Positions 47,565 to 58,190 of a DNA stretch of 64,000 nucleotides are shown here, one piece after another. The stretch comes from an uncultured Actinomycetes bacterium (lineage in GTDB: Bacteria > Actinomycetota > Acidimicrobiia > IMCC26256 > DASPTH01). A program made the translations under genes and the position numbers. The notes under the pieces are model-generated. The model ran no database searches and was not told the DNA's origin. It saw only the letters and a list, made by a program, of their open reading frames with translations. The first letter of the stretch is position 1. Every line of letters starts with the position of its first letter. Where the stretch lies: the NCBI GenBank assembly GCA_963726965.1, contig CAVSEI010000001.1, forward strand, positions 31,924-95,923. Reading direction: 5' to 3'.

Positions 47565-47637
47565 TGCCCCCAGGGGAGTTCGAATCCCCGTTACCGCCTT
47601 GAAAGGGCGGCGTCCTGGGCCACTAGACGATGGGGGC
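47565..47637 (-). tRNA. tRNA-Glu(TTC)
   Basis: GCCCCCA...CTTTCAA...GATTCGAACTC. Confidence 0.95.
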
Positions 47638-47667
47638 TCGGCCTCACCTGAGGCAGCGCATGGTAGC

Positions 47668-49246
47668 TCACGCAGCTGCGCGGTCTTCGACGATACGACA
47701 CTCCCGCCCACGGCACCGCTCGAGCTGCTGCAAGCGTCCGGCGAGCTCGTGTTCGAGCCGCGGTCGGGTCCCGGCCAGGTTGTCGATCTCGTCGGGGTCG
47801 GTGCGGAGGTCGTAGAGCTCGCGCTGCCCGTTGGTGTACGCGGTGTAGAGGTAACGGCTGGTGCGCACCGCGTCGTAGTCGGGAATCTGCGCGGCGCGGT
47901 TCAGGAGCATCGCGTCGCGGATCTCGCGGCGCCGGGCCGCTGGCCACGCGCCCTGATCCGGGTCCGGCGGTTCGAGCGGTGAGTTCTTGTCGAGTGGGCG
48001 GCGGGGTGGCGTCGAGACGCCGGTCTCGGCGCGATGCTCGATCAGGTACGAGTGGCGCCAGCGCGACGGCGTGTCGCCGTGCAGCAACGGGAGCAGCGAC
48101 CGACCGTCGGTGAATGACGGCGACCGGACACCGGCCATCGTCTCGAAGGTCGGCGCGAGGTCGGTGTTGCCCGCGAAGGCGGAGACGTGCGCACCGACGC
48201 GCACTCCCGGACCCCGAACGAGGAGCGGAACGTGGATGTCGGGCTCGTAGGCGGTCTCCTTGCCCGCGGGGAGCCGGTGTTGGCCGAGGTGGAACCCGTT
48301 GTCGGACGTGAACACGATGTACGTGTTGTCGAGCTGCTTGGTCTCGCGCAACGTGCGCACGAGACGGCCAACGCTGCGGTCGACGGCCTGCAGCGACCGG
48401 ATCCGCTTGCGGTAGAGGCTGTCGATCGCCGCGGTCTCCTGCGGGGTGAAACTGGGGAGGTCCCGCACGAATGTGGGCATGCGGCTGACGTCGGCCTGGT
48501 CGAAGCTCGGGGTGCGAGGAGCCCGCGCCGTGGGGAACTTGCCGCGGTCACGTTTCGCCGGGGTCGCAGGTTGGTGGGGCGCGTACACCGAGAGGTAGGC
48601 GAAGAACGGATGGTGGTCGTGGATCGCACCGCGGATGAACGTGTCGGTGAGCCTGGTGTAGACGGTGGTCCCGTAGTCGCGACGGTGATGCTGGTACACG
48701 TGGTAGCTCTGGTTCTGATTCAGGACGTAGTGGTATTCGGAGTAGGCGTTGCCGTAGACCGAGCTCGCCCAGTTGTCCCAACCCGGGGGGACGTAGTTGG
48801 GCGCCGCGCCGTTGGGATAGCCGTTGAGGTACTTCCCCGTGAGCGAGGTCTCGTAGCCGGCGCCGTGCAGACGGGTGGCGATCGTGTCCTGTTCGATGCC
48901 AGTGGTGTTCGCGCGTTCGAAGCCGCCGTTGTCACCGCCGTTCGACCAGACGCCGTCGTTGTGCGCGTACTGCCCCCGCAGGGTGGTCGTCCGGGACGGG
49001 CAGCACAACGAGTTGCTCACGAAGTAGTTGTCGAAGGTCGTGCCCTGGCGGCCGATGAGCGCGCGGGTGTTGGGCAGGTACCGGAGCTCGGCGGCGTCGA
49101 GGTCGTCGGTGAGCACGAAGAGCACGTTCGGCCGCCGTCGTCGCGCCGACGCCGCGGTTGCCGTTCGCCGCGACCCCGAAGGTCACCATCGCGGTGCTCG
49201 CGAAGATGAGGAAGATGAGCAGGAGCACGCCGGGCCAACGGGTCAC
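47668..49246 (-). CDS. Secreted Cys-type sulfatase (GlcNAc-6-sulfatase-like), frameshift near 49135
   Basis: Signal peptide; FVLTDD, CCPSR, GKYLNGY, APH, TSDNGFHLG. Confidence 0.88.
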
Positions 49247-49291
49247 GGGGGAGTTCTAGTCGCGGGCTCGCAGATCCGGGGCGCGGCGGAC

Positions 49292-49317
49292 CCATCCAGG
49301 CCGGGCTCCGCAGCGAA
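49292..49317 (+). promoter_or_regulatory. SigK-like ECF promoter
   Basis: CCATCC-N15-GCGAA upstream of an Rv0449c-Rv0446c-like operon. Confidence 0.55.
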
Positions 49318-49362
49318 CCATCACCGTGGTCCTCTCGAAGCGAGCGCGGCGCCGGTGAGGGC

Positions 49363-50065
49363 ATGACCGAGGCAGAGCCGTTCGTCGACCTGCCCGACCG
49401 ACACGACGGTGCCGAGCCCCTGCGGGCCGCAGTCCTCGTGCTCCACGGCGGCAAGGCGAGGAGCGTCGACGCGGTCGAACCCGACCAGCTCGCGGTTCGG
49501 CGCATGCAACCGTTCGTGCGCCGGCTCGCCGACCTGGGTGACGACCTCGCCGTCGGCCAGATTCGCTATCGCCACCGGGGCTGGAACGAGCCTGCGGACG
49601 ATCCGGTGGCCGACGTCCGGTTCGCGCTCGCGGCCGTCGAGGCCCGCTACGGAAAGGTGCCGGTCGTGCTGGTGGGTCACTCACTCGGCGGCCGGGCCGC
49701 GCTGCGCACCGCCGGTCATCCGACGGTGCGGGGTGTCGTCGCGCTGGCTCCCTGGCTCCCGGGGACCGAACCGGTGGAGCAGCTGGCGGGCCGCGACCTC
49801 GTCGTCCTGCACGGCACCCGCGACAGGACCACCAGCCCCGGTGCGTCGACCCGCTACGTCGCGCGAGCCGCACCGTTCGTCCGCCGCGTCGCGTGTCTCC
49901 GTGTGCCGTGGAGCGGGCACGGCATGCTGCTGCCGCGCCGCGCTCTGGCACCACCTCACCGCTGACTTCGTGGACACGATCGTGCGCGACGAACCGTTCG
50001 TCGCCGCGATGGACCACGCCCGAGCCGCGCGCTGTTGCGACTGCACCCCGGAGCTCGGCCGATGA
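49363..50065 (+). CDS. Alpha/beta hydrolase (frameshift near 49935)
   Basis: LHGG, GHSLGG, HGTRD, GHGML. Confidence 0.82.
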
Positions 50066-51335
50066 CTCGGAAGTCGGTCGCGGTGGTCGGCGCGGGAGTG
50101 TCCGGCCTGACGGCCGCGTACGTGTTGCAGCGCCGCGTACGACGTGACGCTCTACGAAGCCGAACCGCGTCTCGGCGGTCATGCCCACACCCACGACGTC
50201 GTGACCCCGGACGGTCGATTGATACCGATCGACAGCGGCTTCATCGTGCACAACCGCAGCACGTATCCGAACCTGCTCCGCCTCTTCCAGGAACTCGGCG
50301 TCGAGACCCAGCCGAGTGACATGACCATGTCGGTGCGGTGCGATGGTTGCGGGCTCGAGTACGCCGGTGCGCGCGGCATCGGCGGCATCTTCGCCCAGCT
50401 CGGGAACACCACCAATCCGCGGTTCCTCCGGATGCTCGTCGAGGTGAAGCGTTTCCACCGCCGAGCGCACCGACTGCTCGACGCGCCCGATCGCGACGGA
50501 ACCGCGGTCGTGACGTTGGGTGACTTCCTCGCCGCGGGTCGCTACTCCGAGTACTTCGTGCAGCACTTCATGGTGCCGCTGGTCTCATGCGTGTGGTCGT
50601 GCCCGCCGCAGACCGCGCTGCAGTACCCCGCACGTTCACTGTTCACGTTCCTCGAGCATCACGGCGCGCTCCGCGTCACCGGTTCGCCGCAGTGGCGGAC
50701 GGTGGTCGGCGGTTCGCGCAGCTACGTCGAGCGCGCGCCGCCGAAAGAGCTCACCGCCACCGAGCTCTCGACGCCGGTGCGCACCATCCTCCGGGTCGCG
50801 ATGGCATCGAGATCCGCGACGACGCCGACTCCGTGCGGCGCTTCGACGCGGCGGTGGTGGCGACGCACGCCGATGACGCGCTGAGGTTGCTGGACGACCC
50901 GACGCCGGCCGAACGGGCCACGCTGGGTGCGTTCTCGTCGTCGGCCAACGAGACCGTGCTCCACACCGACGCCTCGGTGCTCCCGCGCACCCCCGTGCGC
51001 CGCGTGCCCTGGAATTACCTGCTCGACCGATGCGCGACCGGCGCCGCGCAGGTGCAGGTCAGCTACCACATGAACCGGTTGCACCGGCTCGACGAGCCCC
51101 TCGACTACGTGGTGACGCTGAACCCGGGGTCACGCGTCGCCGACGACGCGGTCCTGGCGCGGATGACGTACACGCATCCCGTCTACACCACCACGTCGGT
51201 GGCCGCGCAGGCCGCGCTGCCGTCGCTGAACGACGGTCGGATCGCGTTCGCGGGCGCGTACCACGGATGGGGATTCCACGAAGACGGCTGCGCGTCGGGG
51301 TACGCGCCGCGGCGTCGTTGGGGGTGGAGTGGTGA
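50062..51335 (+). CDS. FAD-dependent oxidoreductase (Rv0449c/UfaD-like; frameshifts)
   Basis: VVGAGVSGL, RLGGHAHT, DSGFIVHN, YTHPVY, GAYHGWGFHEDG. Confidence 0.85.
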
Positions 51336-52053
51336 ACGCCTCCCTGTACCGCACTCGGATCGCGCACGGTCGCACCGAGCGCGTCACCCACGGATTCGCG
51401 TACCGGCACAGCATGTGGTTGGTGGATCTCGACGCGGTGCCGCGCCTTCCTCGAGCGCTCCGGTTCCTCGGGCGTCTTCGACGCCCACGACCACCTGGGC
51501 GATCCTGCACGCGAGCATCCGGAGCAACGTCGATTCGTACCTCGCCACCCAGGGCGTCGACCTCGCGGGCGGACGAGTGCTGATGTTCGCGAACGCGCGG
51601 TCGCTGGGCTACACGTTCAACCCGCTCACCGTGTTCTGGTGTTACACGGCCGACGGTGAACTCGCCGGGGTCGTCGCCGAGGTGCACAACACCTACGGCG
51701 AACGTCACTGTTATTTCTTGCGTCCGGATGCATCCGGACGGGCCGGCGCGCCGAAAGAGTTCTACGTGTCACCCTTCTTCGCCGTCGACGGTTCCTACGA
51801 GATGACCTTCACGGAGCCCGGTGACGAACTACGGGTCGTGATCACGCTGCGCCGGGACGGCGCGCCCGTGTTCGGCGCCACCCTCGACGCCCGCCGCGAT
51901 TCGGCGCGTCCCTCGTTCCTGGCCGGCTCGCTGCGCCACCCGCTCGCCAGCCATCGGGTGATCACGTTGATCAAGTTCCAGGGCGTCCGGCTCTGGCTGC
52001 GGCGCCTTCCCGTGGTCCCCCGTCCGGTCCCCGGGCAAGGAGTGGTGACGTGA
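51332..52053 (+). CDS. DUF1365 family protein (frameshifts)
   Basis: GYTFNPLTVFWC, AEVHNTYGERHCY, KEFYVSPF. Confidence 0.87.
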
Positions 52054-53300
52054 GTGCAGCGGCGTTCGACGACTTCGCGGCGGTCGCTCGGCCGGTGGGT
52101 CCGTGGCTCGACCTCGCGCCCGCCCCCACCACCCGACCGGTCCACACGGCCATCGCCAAGGCGCTGTTCCGCCGGGTCGTCCCCCACCTCGCGGTGCAGG
52201 TGCGGATGCCGGACGGGCACGTCATCGGCGGGGGCGGTCCCGACGCGCCCCTCATGCGGGTGCGGAGTGACAGGTTCTTCCGCCGCCTCGGGTCCGACGG
52301 ACTCATCGGCTTCGGCGAAGCGTTCATGGCCGGCGACTGGGACGCCGACGATCCGGCGGCCGTCCTGGCACCGTTCGCGGCGCGCATGTCGACGCTCGTG
52401 CCCGCGTGGATGCAGCGACTTCGCCACTTCTACGTGCACCACCAGCCCGTGCGCGAGCACAACACCAAGGTCGGTGCCCGGCGCAACATCGCGCGCCACT
52501 ACGACCTCTCCAACGAGCTCTTCGCCCTCTTCCTCGACGAGTCGATGACGTACTCGAGCGGGCTGTTCGCGCCCGACGACACGCTCGAGCAGGCTCAGGT
52601 CCGCAAGGTCGACCGTCTGCTCGATGCCACCGGTGTCGGCCTCGGTACGCGCCTGCTCGAGATCGGCACGGGATGGGGCGCGCTGGCGGTTCGGGCCGCG
52701 CAACGCGGCGCGACGGTCACGACGTTGACGCTTTCGTGCGAGCAGGCCGCCCTCGCCCGCGACCGTGCGCATGCCGCGGGAGTATCGTCCCGGATCGACG
52801 TGCAACTCCGTGACTATCGCGAGGCCGAAGGCCGGTACGACGCCGTCGTCAGCGTCGAGATGATCGAAGCCGTCGGCATGGAGTATTGGCCCACGTTCTT
52901 CACGACCGTCGAACGGGTGCTGGCGCCTGCCGGTCGTGTCGGGATCCAGGCCATCGTGCTCCAGCACGATCGCATGCTCGCCACGCGCGACCAGTACACG
53001 TGGATCCACAAGTACGTGTTTCCCGGCGGCGCGTTGCCGTCGCTCCGGGCGATCGACGAGATCGTGCGCCGTGACACGCAGCTCCGCGTCGACGACACGT
53101 TCACGTTTGGCGACCACTACGCCACCACACTGCGGCGTTGGCGCGAGCGGTTCGACGCGCACGTTGCCGAGGTCGACGCCCTCGGCTTCGACGCCTCGTT
53201 CCGCCGGATGTGGGACTTCTACCTCGCCTACTGCGAAGCCGGGTTCGCCACCGGTTACCTCGACGTCGCCCAACTCGTGCTCTCGCCCAAGGGGGCCTGA
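52050..53300 (+). CDS. Cyclopropane-fatty-acyl synthase family SAM methyltransferase (UfaA1/UfaM-like)
   Basis: NIARHYDLSN, MTYS, LEIGTGWG, EMIEAVG, KYVFPGG, YLAYCEAGF. Confidence 0.9.
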   Translation: MSAAAFDDFAAVARPVGPWLDLAPAPTTRPVHTAIAKALFRRVVPHLAVQVRMPDGHVIGGGGPDAPLMRVRSDRFFRRLGSDGLIGFGEAFMAGDWDADDPAAVLAPFAARMSTLVPAWMQRLRHFYVHHQPVREHNTKVGARRNIARHYDLSNELFALFLDESMTYSSGLFAPDDTLEQAQVRKVDRLLDATGVGLGTRLLEIGTGWGALAVRAAQRGATVTTLTLSCEQAALARDRAHAAGVSSRIDVQLRDYREAEGRYDAVVSVEMIEAVGMEYWPTFFTTVERVLAPAGRVGIQAIVLQHDRMLATRDQYTWIHKYVFPGGALPSLRAIDEIVRRDTQLRVDDTFTFGDHYATTLRRWRERFDAHVAEVDALGFDASFRRMWDFYLAYCEAGFATGYLDVAQLVLSPKGA

Positions 53301-53301
53301 C

Positions 53302-54572
53302 GTGACCATCGCCGAAACCCTCGCCACCACCATCCACCGGTTCGTGGGCGACGACCTGCCCGTCGGCATCCGGGCGTGGGACGGCAGTGTCGCCGGCTGC
53401 GTGGGCGGTCCGACCGCAGTGATCCGGAATCGCCGCGCGCTTGCGTCGTCTGCTCTGGCAGCCGAACGAGCTCGGTCTCGCACGCGGCGTACGTCACCGG
53501 CGACCTCGACGTCGAAGGGGATCTCGACGACGGCTTCCGCCGCATCTGGAGGTTTGCTCGCACCCGGGATCGCGCCCTCGACCTCGGGTGGCGTGACCAA
53601 CTCGCGGCCGCGGGTCTGGCGTTGCGGCTCGGCGTCGTCGGTCTGCCGCCACGCGCACCGGCGTCGGAAGCCACCGTCACGGGCCGGTTGCACAGCCGCA
53701 GCCGCGATCGGGCGGTGATCGCGCACCACTATGACCTGTCGAACGAGTTCTACGCGTTGATCCTCGACGAGCACATGGCCTACTCGTGCGTGTACTTCAC
53801 GTCAGACGTGCTCGCAGCTACACGCTGGCCGACGCGCAGCGCGACAAGCTCGACCTCGTGTGTCGCAAGCTCGGCGCTCGTGCCCGGGATGCGGCTCCTC
53901 GACGTCGGGTGCGGTTGGGGTTCGCTGAGCATCCACGCCGCGCAGCGCTACGGCGCGCGCGTCACCGGCGTCACGCTGTCGCGCGAGCAACTCGAGTTCG
54001 CCGTGGAAGCGCGCGGCCGACGTCGGCGTCCAGGATCTCGTCGAGTTCCGGTTGCAGGATTACCGCGACGTTGCCGACGGCCCGTACGACGCGGCGGCGT
54101 CGATCGAGATGGGTGAGCATGTCGGTGCGGAGAACTACCCGGCCTTCGTCGACAGCGTGTGCCGACTGCTACGACCCGAGGGTCGGTTCCTCGTTCAACA
54201 GATGTCGCGTGCGGCACGGCGACGTGCCCGGTGGTGGCGCGTTCATCGAGGCCTACATCGCCCCCGACATGCACATGCGTCCGGTCGGCGAGACCGTCGA
54301 CCTGCTGGAAGCGGGTGGCCTCGAGGTCCGTGATGTGCACGCGTTGCGCGAGCACTACGTGCGGACGGCGGTCGAATGGCGCGCCAACTTCGAAGCCCGG
54401 TGGGACGATGTCGTCGCCCTCGTGGGCGAGGAGGTCGCCCGGGTGTGGCGCCTCTATCTCGTGGGGGGTTCGCTGGCGTTCGAAGAGGGACGGATGGGTG
54501 TGGACCAGATCCTGGCGGTGAAGCCCACGGTCGACGGTCGCAGCGGCATGGAACCCGCGGCGGACCTGGTGA
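53302..54572 (+). CDS. Second CFA synthase family methyltransferase (many frameshifts)
   Basis: AYVTGDLDVEGDL, HHYDLSNEFY, MAYSC, LDVGCGWG, EMGEHVG, RVWRLYL. Confidence 0.85.
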
Positions 54573-55387
54573 GCAGCTTCTCGACCGGCCCGTTCGTCGG
54601 CGGGCTGGCGGTCACCGCGGGCGCAGTGCTGGTGCTGGTGCTCGCCACGTGGCTGGTCGGCAAGGCCCTCGGGCGATTCAACGTCATCGACGTCGCCTGG
54701 GGCCTCGGCTTCGTCGTGGTCGCGTGGGTGGCGTTCGCCCTGTCGGCCGGTCACGGCGACGACACCCGCCGGCTCCTGATGGCCGTGCTCGTCACGGTGT
54801 GGGGCTGTCGCCTCGCCGGCTACATCGCGTGGCGGAGTCGCGGGAAAGGTGAGGACCCGCGCTACGCGGCGATGCTCGAAGGCCAGGCCGACCCGGCCCG
54901 GCGCGCGCTCGGCATCTTCGTGACCCAGGCCGTCGCCATCTGGTTCGTGTCGCTCCCGGTCCAGGTGGCGATGTTCGAACGCGACGAACCCGGGGTCCTG
55001 CTGTACCTCGGTACCGCGGTGTGGGCGATCGGGTTCGCCTTTGAGACCGTCGGTGACTGGCAACTCAGCCGGTTCCGCGCCGACCCCGCCAACCGGGGCC
55101 AGGTGATGAACCGCGGCCTGTGGCGCTACACGCGCCATCCCAACTACTTCGGCGACGCGTGCGTGTGGTGGGGCATCTACCTGATCGCCGCGCAGCAGTG
55201 GATCGGCGCGCTCACCATTCTGTCGCCCGTGCTGATGACGTGGACCCTCACTCGCAAGACCGGCAAGCCGTTGCTCGAACAGGGCATGGCCGAACGTCGC
55301 CCCGGCTACACCGACTACGTCAACCGCACCAGCGGCTTCTTCCCCCTGCCCCCCAAGAGCGGTTCTGGCGTCACTGGTGCGTCATGA
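54569..55387 (+). CDS. DUF1295 (steroid 5-alpha reductase-like) membrane protein
   Basis: IDVAWG, EDPRY, GLWRYTRHPNYFG. Confidence 0.87.
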   Translation: MSSFSTGPFVGGLAVTAGAVLVLVLATWLVGKALGRFNVIDVAWGLGFVVVAWVAFALSAGHGDDTRRLLMAVLVTVWGCRLAGYIAWRSRGKGEDPRYAAMLEGQADPARRALGIFVTQAVAIWFVSLPVQVAMFERDEPGVLLYLGTAVWAIGFAFETVGDWQLSRFRADPANRGQVMNRGLWRYTRHPNYFGDACVWWGIYLIAAQQWIGALTILSPVLMTWTLTRKTGKPLLEQGMAERRPGYTDYVNRTSGFFPLPPKSGSGVTGAS

Positions 55388-55410
55388 CGGCGCACGAGTG
55401 ACGCCAAAAC
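55362..55410. repeat. REP-like palindrome, family B copy 2 (carries both convergent stop codons)
   Basis: GTTCTGGCGTCACTGGTGCGTCATGACGGCGCACGAGTGACGCCAAAAC; its reverse complement differs from 20243..20291 at 3 positions. Confidence 0.85.
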
Positions 55411-55891
55411 GGTCTTGCTCGGCGGCTCGTAGGCGCCGTCCGAGGTCGCGGGCCAGCGCCCGGGCGAAGGTCGGCGCGTCGACGAGCAGACGGTCGAGGT
55501 CGGCGGCGTCGATCTGCCATGCCGTCAACGGGGTGCGGGCCTCGACCCGGCAGCGGTAGGGACGACGCCCGAGCGTGTCGACGTCGCCGATGATGGCCCC
55601 GGCGGCGATCGTGCCGACCGCCTGGCCCCGGACGATCACCTCGGCGTGACCACCGGTCACGACGAACGCCGCGGTCGCAACCGAACCCTGGTCGAAGAGG
55701 CAGTCGCCGGGGACGAGCTCGCGCACCCGGGCCCGCGCCCGGAGGCGAGCGTGGTCGGCGTCGGAGAAGTTGCCCAGGAAGTCGGCCGGCTGCACCCGCT
55801 CGCCGCGCCGTGCCCCGCTCGTCTCCTGCCTCGTCGTCTCCTGCTCGGTGATCAGGTCCACCGTCATGCCACCACTCATCCCACCACTCAT
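55382..55891 (-). CDS. Stand-alone cyclic nucleotide-binding (Crp-like) domain protein
   Basis: LFDQG, FVVTGG, GAIIGDV; three in-frame ATGs from a 12-bp repeat (55865-55900). Confidence 0.72.
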   Translation of the reverse strand: MSGGMSGGMTVDLITEQETTRQETSGARRGERVQPADFLGNFSDADHARLRARARVRELVPGDCLFDQGSVATAAFVVTGGHAEVIVRGQAVGTIAAGAIIGDVDTLGRRPYRCRVEARTPLTAWQIDAADLDRLLVDAPTFARALARDLGRRLRAAEQDRFGVTRAPS

Positions 55892-55928
55892 GCCAACACC
55901 TCCGGTTCCGGCCCCCGGCGATCCAAAC

Positions 55929-55963
55929 TAGAACGCTCTACATAGTCTGTATAGCACTCTACA
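55929..55963. promoter_or_regulatory. Probable TetR operators
   Basis: Palindromes TAGAACGCTCTA (55929-55940) and TGTATAGCACTCTACA (55948-55963) in an AT-rich divergent intergenic region. Confidence 0.55.
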
Positions 55964-55986
55964 TACTTTCGTGCTACTCTTTTTCT

Positions 55987-56589
55987 GTGACCACGGCGCT
56001 CGATGCCCGCGAGACCCGGGACCGGATCCTCGATGCCACCGTGCGGCTCCTGCGCCGTCAGGGGTACGCCGCCACCGGCATCAAGCAGATCGTGCTCGAG
56101 GGCGACGCCCCGCTCGGCTCCGTCTACCACTACTTCCCGGGCGGCAAGGAGCAGATCGGCGCCGAGGCGCTCGCCCGATCGGGCGAGAGGATCCGCCGCA
56201 CCATCGAGCGCGCCGGTGACGCTCCCGATCTCCCCGCCGCCATCAACGCGTACTTCACCGTCAACGCCGACCGGCTTCGCGACTCCGACTACGAGCGTGG
56301 CTGTCCGATCGCCACGGTGTGCCTCGAAACCGCCAGCGTCAACGAGCGCATCCGCAAGGTGTGTGAAGAGGTGTTCAACAGCTGGAAGACGACGCTGGCC
56401 AAGGTGCTGAGCGACGCCGGGATCCCCGAGGTCGACGCCGCACCGCTGGCGACGTTCGTGTTGTCGAGCTACGAGGGTGCGCTCACGATGAGCCGGGCCT
56501 TGCGCGACGTCGAACCGATGCTCACGAGCGGCGCCGCAGTCGCGTCGGTCTTGCACGCGCACCTCGGCGACGTCCCTCGCGCCGGCTGA
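55987..56589 (+). CDS. TetR/AcrR regulator (LmrA/YxaF-like)
   Basis: GYAATGI, GSVYHYFPGGKE, GCPIAT. Confidence 0.9.
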   Translation: MTTALDARETRDRILDATVRLLRRQGYAATGIKQIVLEGDAPLGSVYHYFPGGKEQIGAEALARSGERIRRTIERAGDAPDLPAAINAYFTVNADRLRDSDYERGCPIATVCLETASVNERIRKVCEEVFNSWKTTLAKVLSDAGIPEVDAAPLATFVLSSYEGALTMSRALRDVEPMLTSGAAVASVLHAHLGDVPRAG

Positions 56590-56612
56590 CCCCCCCGCGA
56601 GACTCCTGCCTC

Positions 56613-57392
56613 GTGTTCGAAGCGGGGTTGTGGGCGGCACTCGGTCAGTCGGCGCTGATCATCGGCGCGTTGCTCGTCGCGCGCTACCCCAAGCTCACCG
56701 AACCGCGCTGGCTCGGGCTGGTCATGGCGTTCGGCGCGGGCGCGCTGATCAGCGCGATCACGACTGACCTCGTGGCCGAGGCCTACGTCGAGGCCGGTCG
56801 CGCGCCTGCGGGCGTCGGTCTGCTCGTCGGTGCGGCCGGCTACTACGTGCTCACCACATGGTTGAACCGCCGTGCCGAACGGGAGGATCCCGAGCTCCCG
56901 GTCGAGGAAGCGGAGGCGGTCGCCGGTCCCGAAGCGCTGCCCGCGGGCGCCGACGCCACCGCGGCGCGCAATCTCACCGTCGGCATGGTGCTCGACGGGA
57001 TCCCCGAGTCGATCGCGGTGGGGCTCACCCTGATCGGTGGCGCCACCGTCTCGTTCGCGCTGGTCGGGGCGGTGTTCCTGTCGAACCTGCCCGAAGCGAT
57101 CGGCGTGGCCGCGGCCCTCCTGGCCGGCGGCATCCCGCTGCGGAAGGTCCTGGTGCGGTTCAGCGCGATCGTCGGCGTCGGCTTCGTCGCCGGCCTCGTC
57201 GGGTACGCGGTGCTCGAACCAACCAACGCCGACGCCATCGCAGTGATCCAGTCGATCGCGGCGGGCGCGATGATCGTCGTCGTCGTCAACGAGATGGTTC
57301 CCATCGCGGTACGCGGCGCGGGTCGCCGCGCCGGCCTCGCGGCGGCCGCCGGGTTCGCGGTCGCCGCGTTCCTGTCGACCATCAACGGCTGA
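56613..57392 (+). CDS. ZIP (GufA)-like metal transporter
   Basis: AFGAGAL, LDGIPES, SNLPEA, AAGAM; multiple TM helices. Confidence 0.75.
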   Translation: MFEAGLWAALGQSALIIGALLVARYPKLTEPRWLGLVMAFGAGALISAITTDLVAEAYVEAGRAPAGVGLLVGAAGYYVLTTWLNRRAEREDPELPVEEAEAVAGPEALPAGADATAARNLTVGMVLDGIPESIAVGLTLIGGATVSFALVGAVFLSNLPEAIGVAAALLAGGIPLRKVLVRFSAIVGVGFVAGLVGYAVLEPTNADAIAVIQSIAAGAMIVVVVNEMVPIAVRGAGRRAGLAAAAGFAVAAFLSTING

Positions 57393-57409
57393 CGGCCTAC
57401 GCTCGGGGC

Positions 57410-57805
57410 ATGGACGAGTTTGCGTCCTACGAAGGCAGCAGCGCGTTCCTGCGCTGGTGGCCCAAGGTGCTCCTCGGGCTGGCCCTGTGGGTGCTGGTCA
57501 TCGGGTGGAGCCACTCGATCCAGTGGGCGACCTTCTTCGTCGCCGCCGCGTGGCTGCACGGCCACCTGCTCCCGTGGCGTTTCGACGTGCTCGACGACGG
57601 GTTGCACCTGCTGTTCCCGTTCGGCCGCCGGCGCTTCCTGCCCAAGGCGACGACCACCGTCCGGCTCGAGACCGTCGGTGCGGTGGCCATCATCGAGGGC
57701 CACCGCCAGCTCGGGTACCTCCTGCACGACGGTGTCCTCTACGTCCCCGACCAACGGTCGCGGTTGCGCCGCGCCCTCGCCTTCTACGGGTACCGCGTGG
57801 TCTGA
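57410..57805 (+). CDS. Hypothetical membrane protein
   Basis: Two TM helices followed by a small soluble domain. Confidence 0.6.
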   Translation: MDEFASYEGSSAFLRWWPKVLLGLALWVLVIGWSHSIQWATFFVAAAWLHGHLLPWRFDVLDDGLHLLFPFGRRRFLPKATTTVRLETVGAVAIIEGHRQLGYLLHDGVLYVPDQRSRLRRALAFYGYRVV

Positions 57806-57818
57806 GCGTCCGGCGCGC

Positions 57819-57856
57819 TTGACAGTCGACTCTCGATATATCAGACTTCGATATAT
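57819..57856 (+). promoter_or_regulatory. Promoter and PadR operator
   Basis: TTGACA-17-CAGACT; inverted repeat ATATATC-N7-GATATAT (57836-57856) overlapping the ATG. Confidence 0.7.
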
Positions 57857-58190
57857 GAAGCGTCGACAGCTCCCCGCCGCGTCTCTCCACGTCCTGCTCT
57901 CGCTGCTCGAAGGCGAGAAGCACGGCTACGCGATCATGCAAGACGTCGAGCGCATCAGCGACGGCGCGGTGAAGATGGGGCCCGGCACGCTCTACGGCAC
58001 CATCAACCGCCTCGTCACCGACGGCCTCATCGAGGAGGTCGCGGCGCCCGACGCGGGTGATCCGGCCGTCGAGCGGCGCCGCTACTACCGCCTGACCACC
58101 GACGGCGTGCGCGTCGCCAACGCCGAGCTCGATCGTCTGCAGACGTTGCTGGCGCGGGTCCGCCCGCAGTTCGGAACCGGGACGGCATGA
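57855..58190 (+). CDS. PadR family regulator
   Basis: HGYAIM, GPGTLYG, RRYYRLT. Confidence 0.92.
   Translation: MKRRQLPAASLHVLLSLLEGEKHGYAIMQDVERISDGAVKMGPGTLYGTINRLVTDGLIEEVAAPDAGDPAVERRRYYRLTTDGVRVANAELDRLQTLLARVRPQFGTGTA

Noticed and set aside
53786-55387. CFA-DUF1295 fusion protein
   Set aside because: A GTGA stop/start overlap at 54569-54572 suggests two genes joined by an indel
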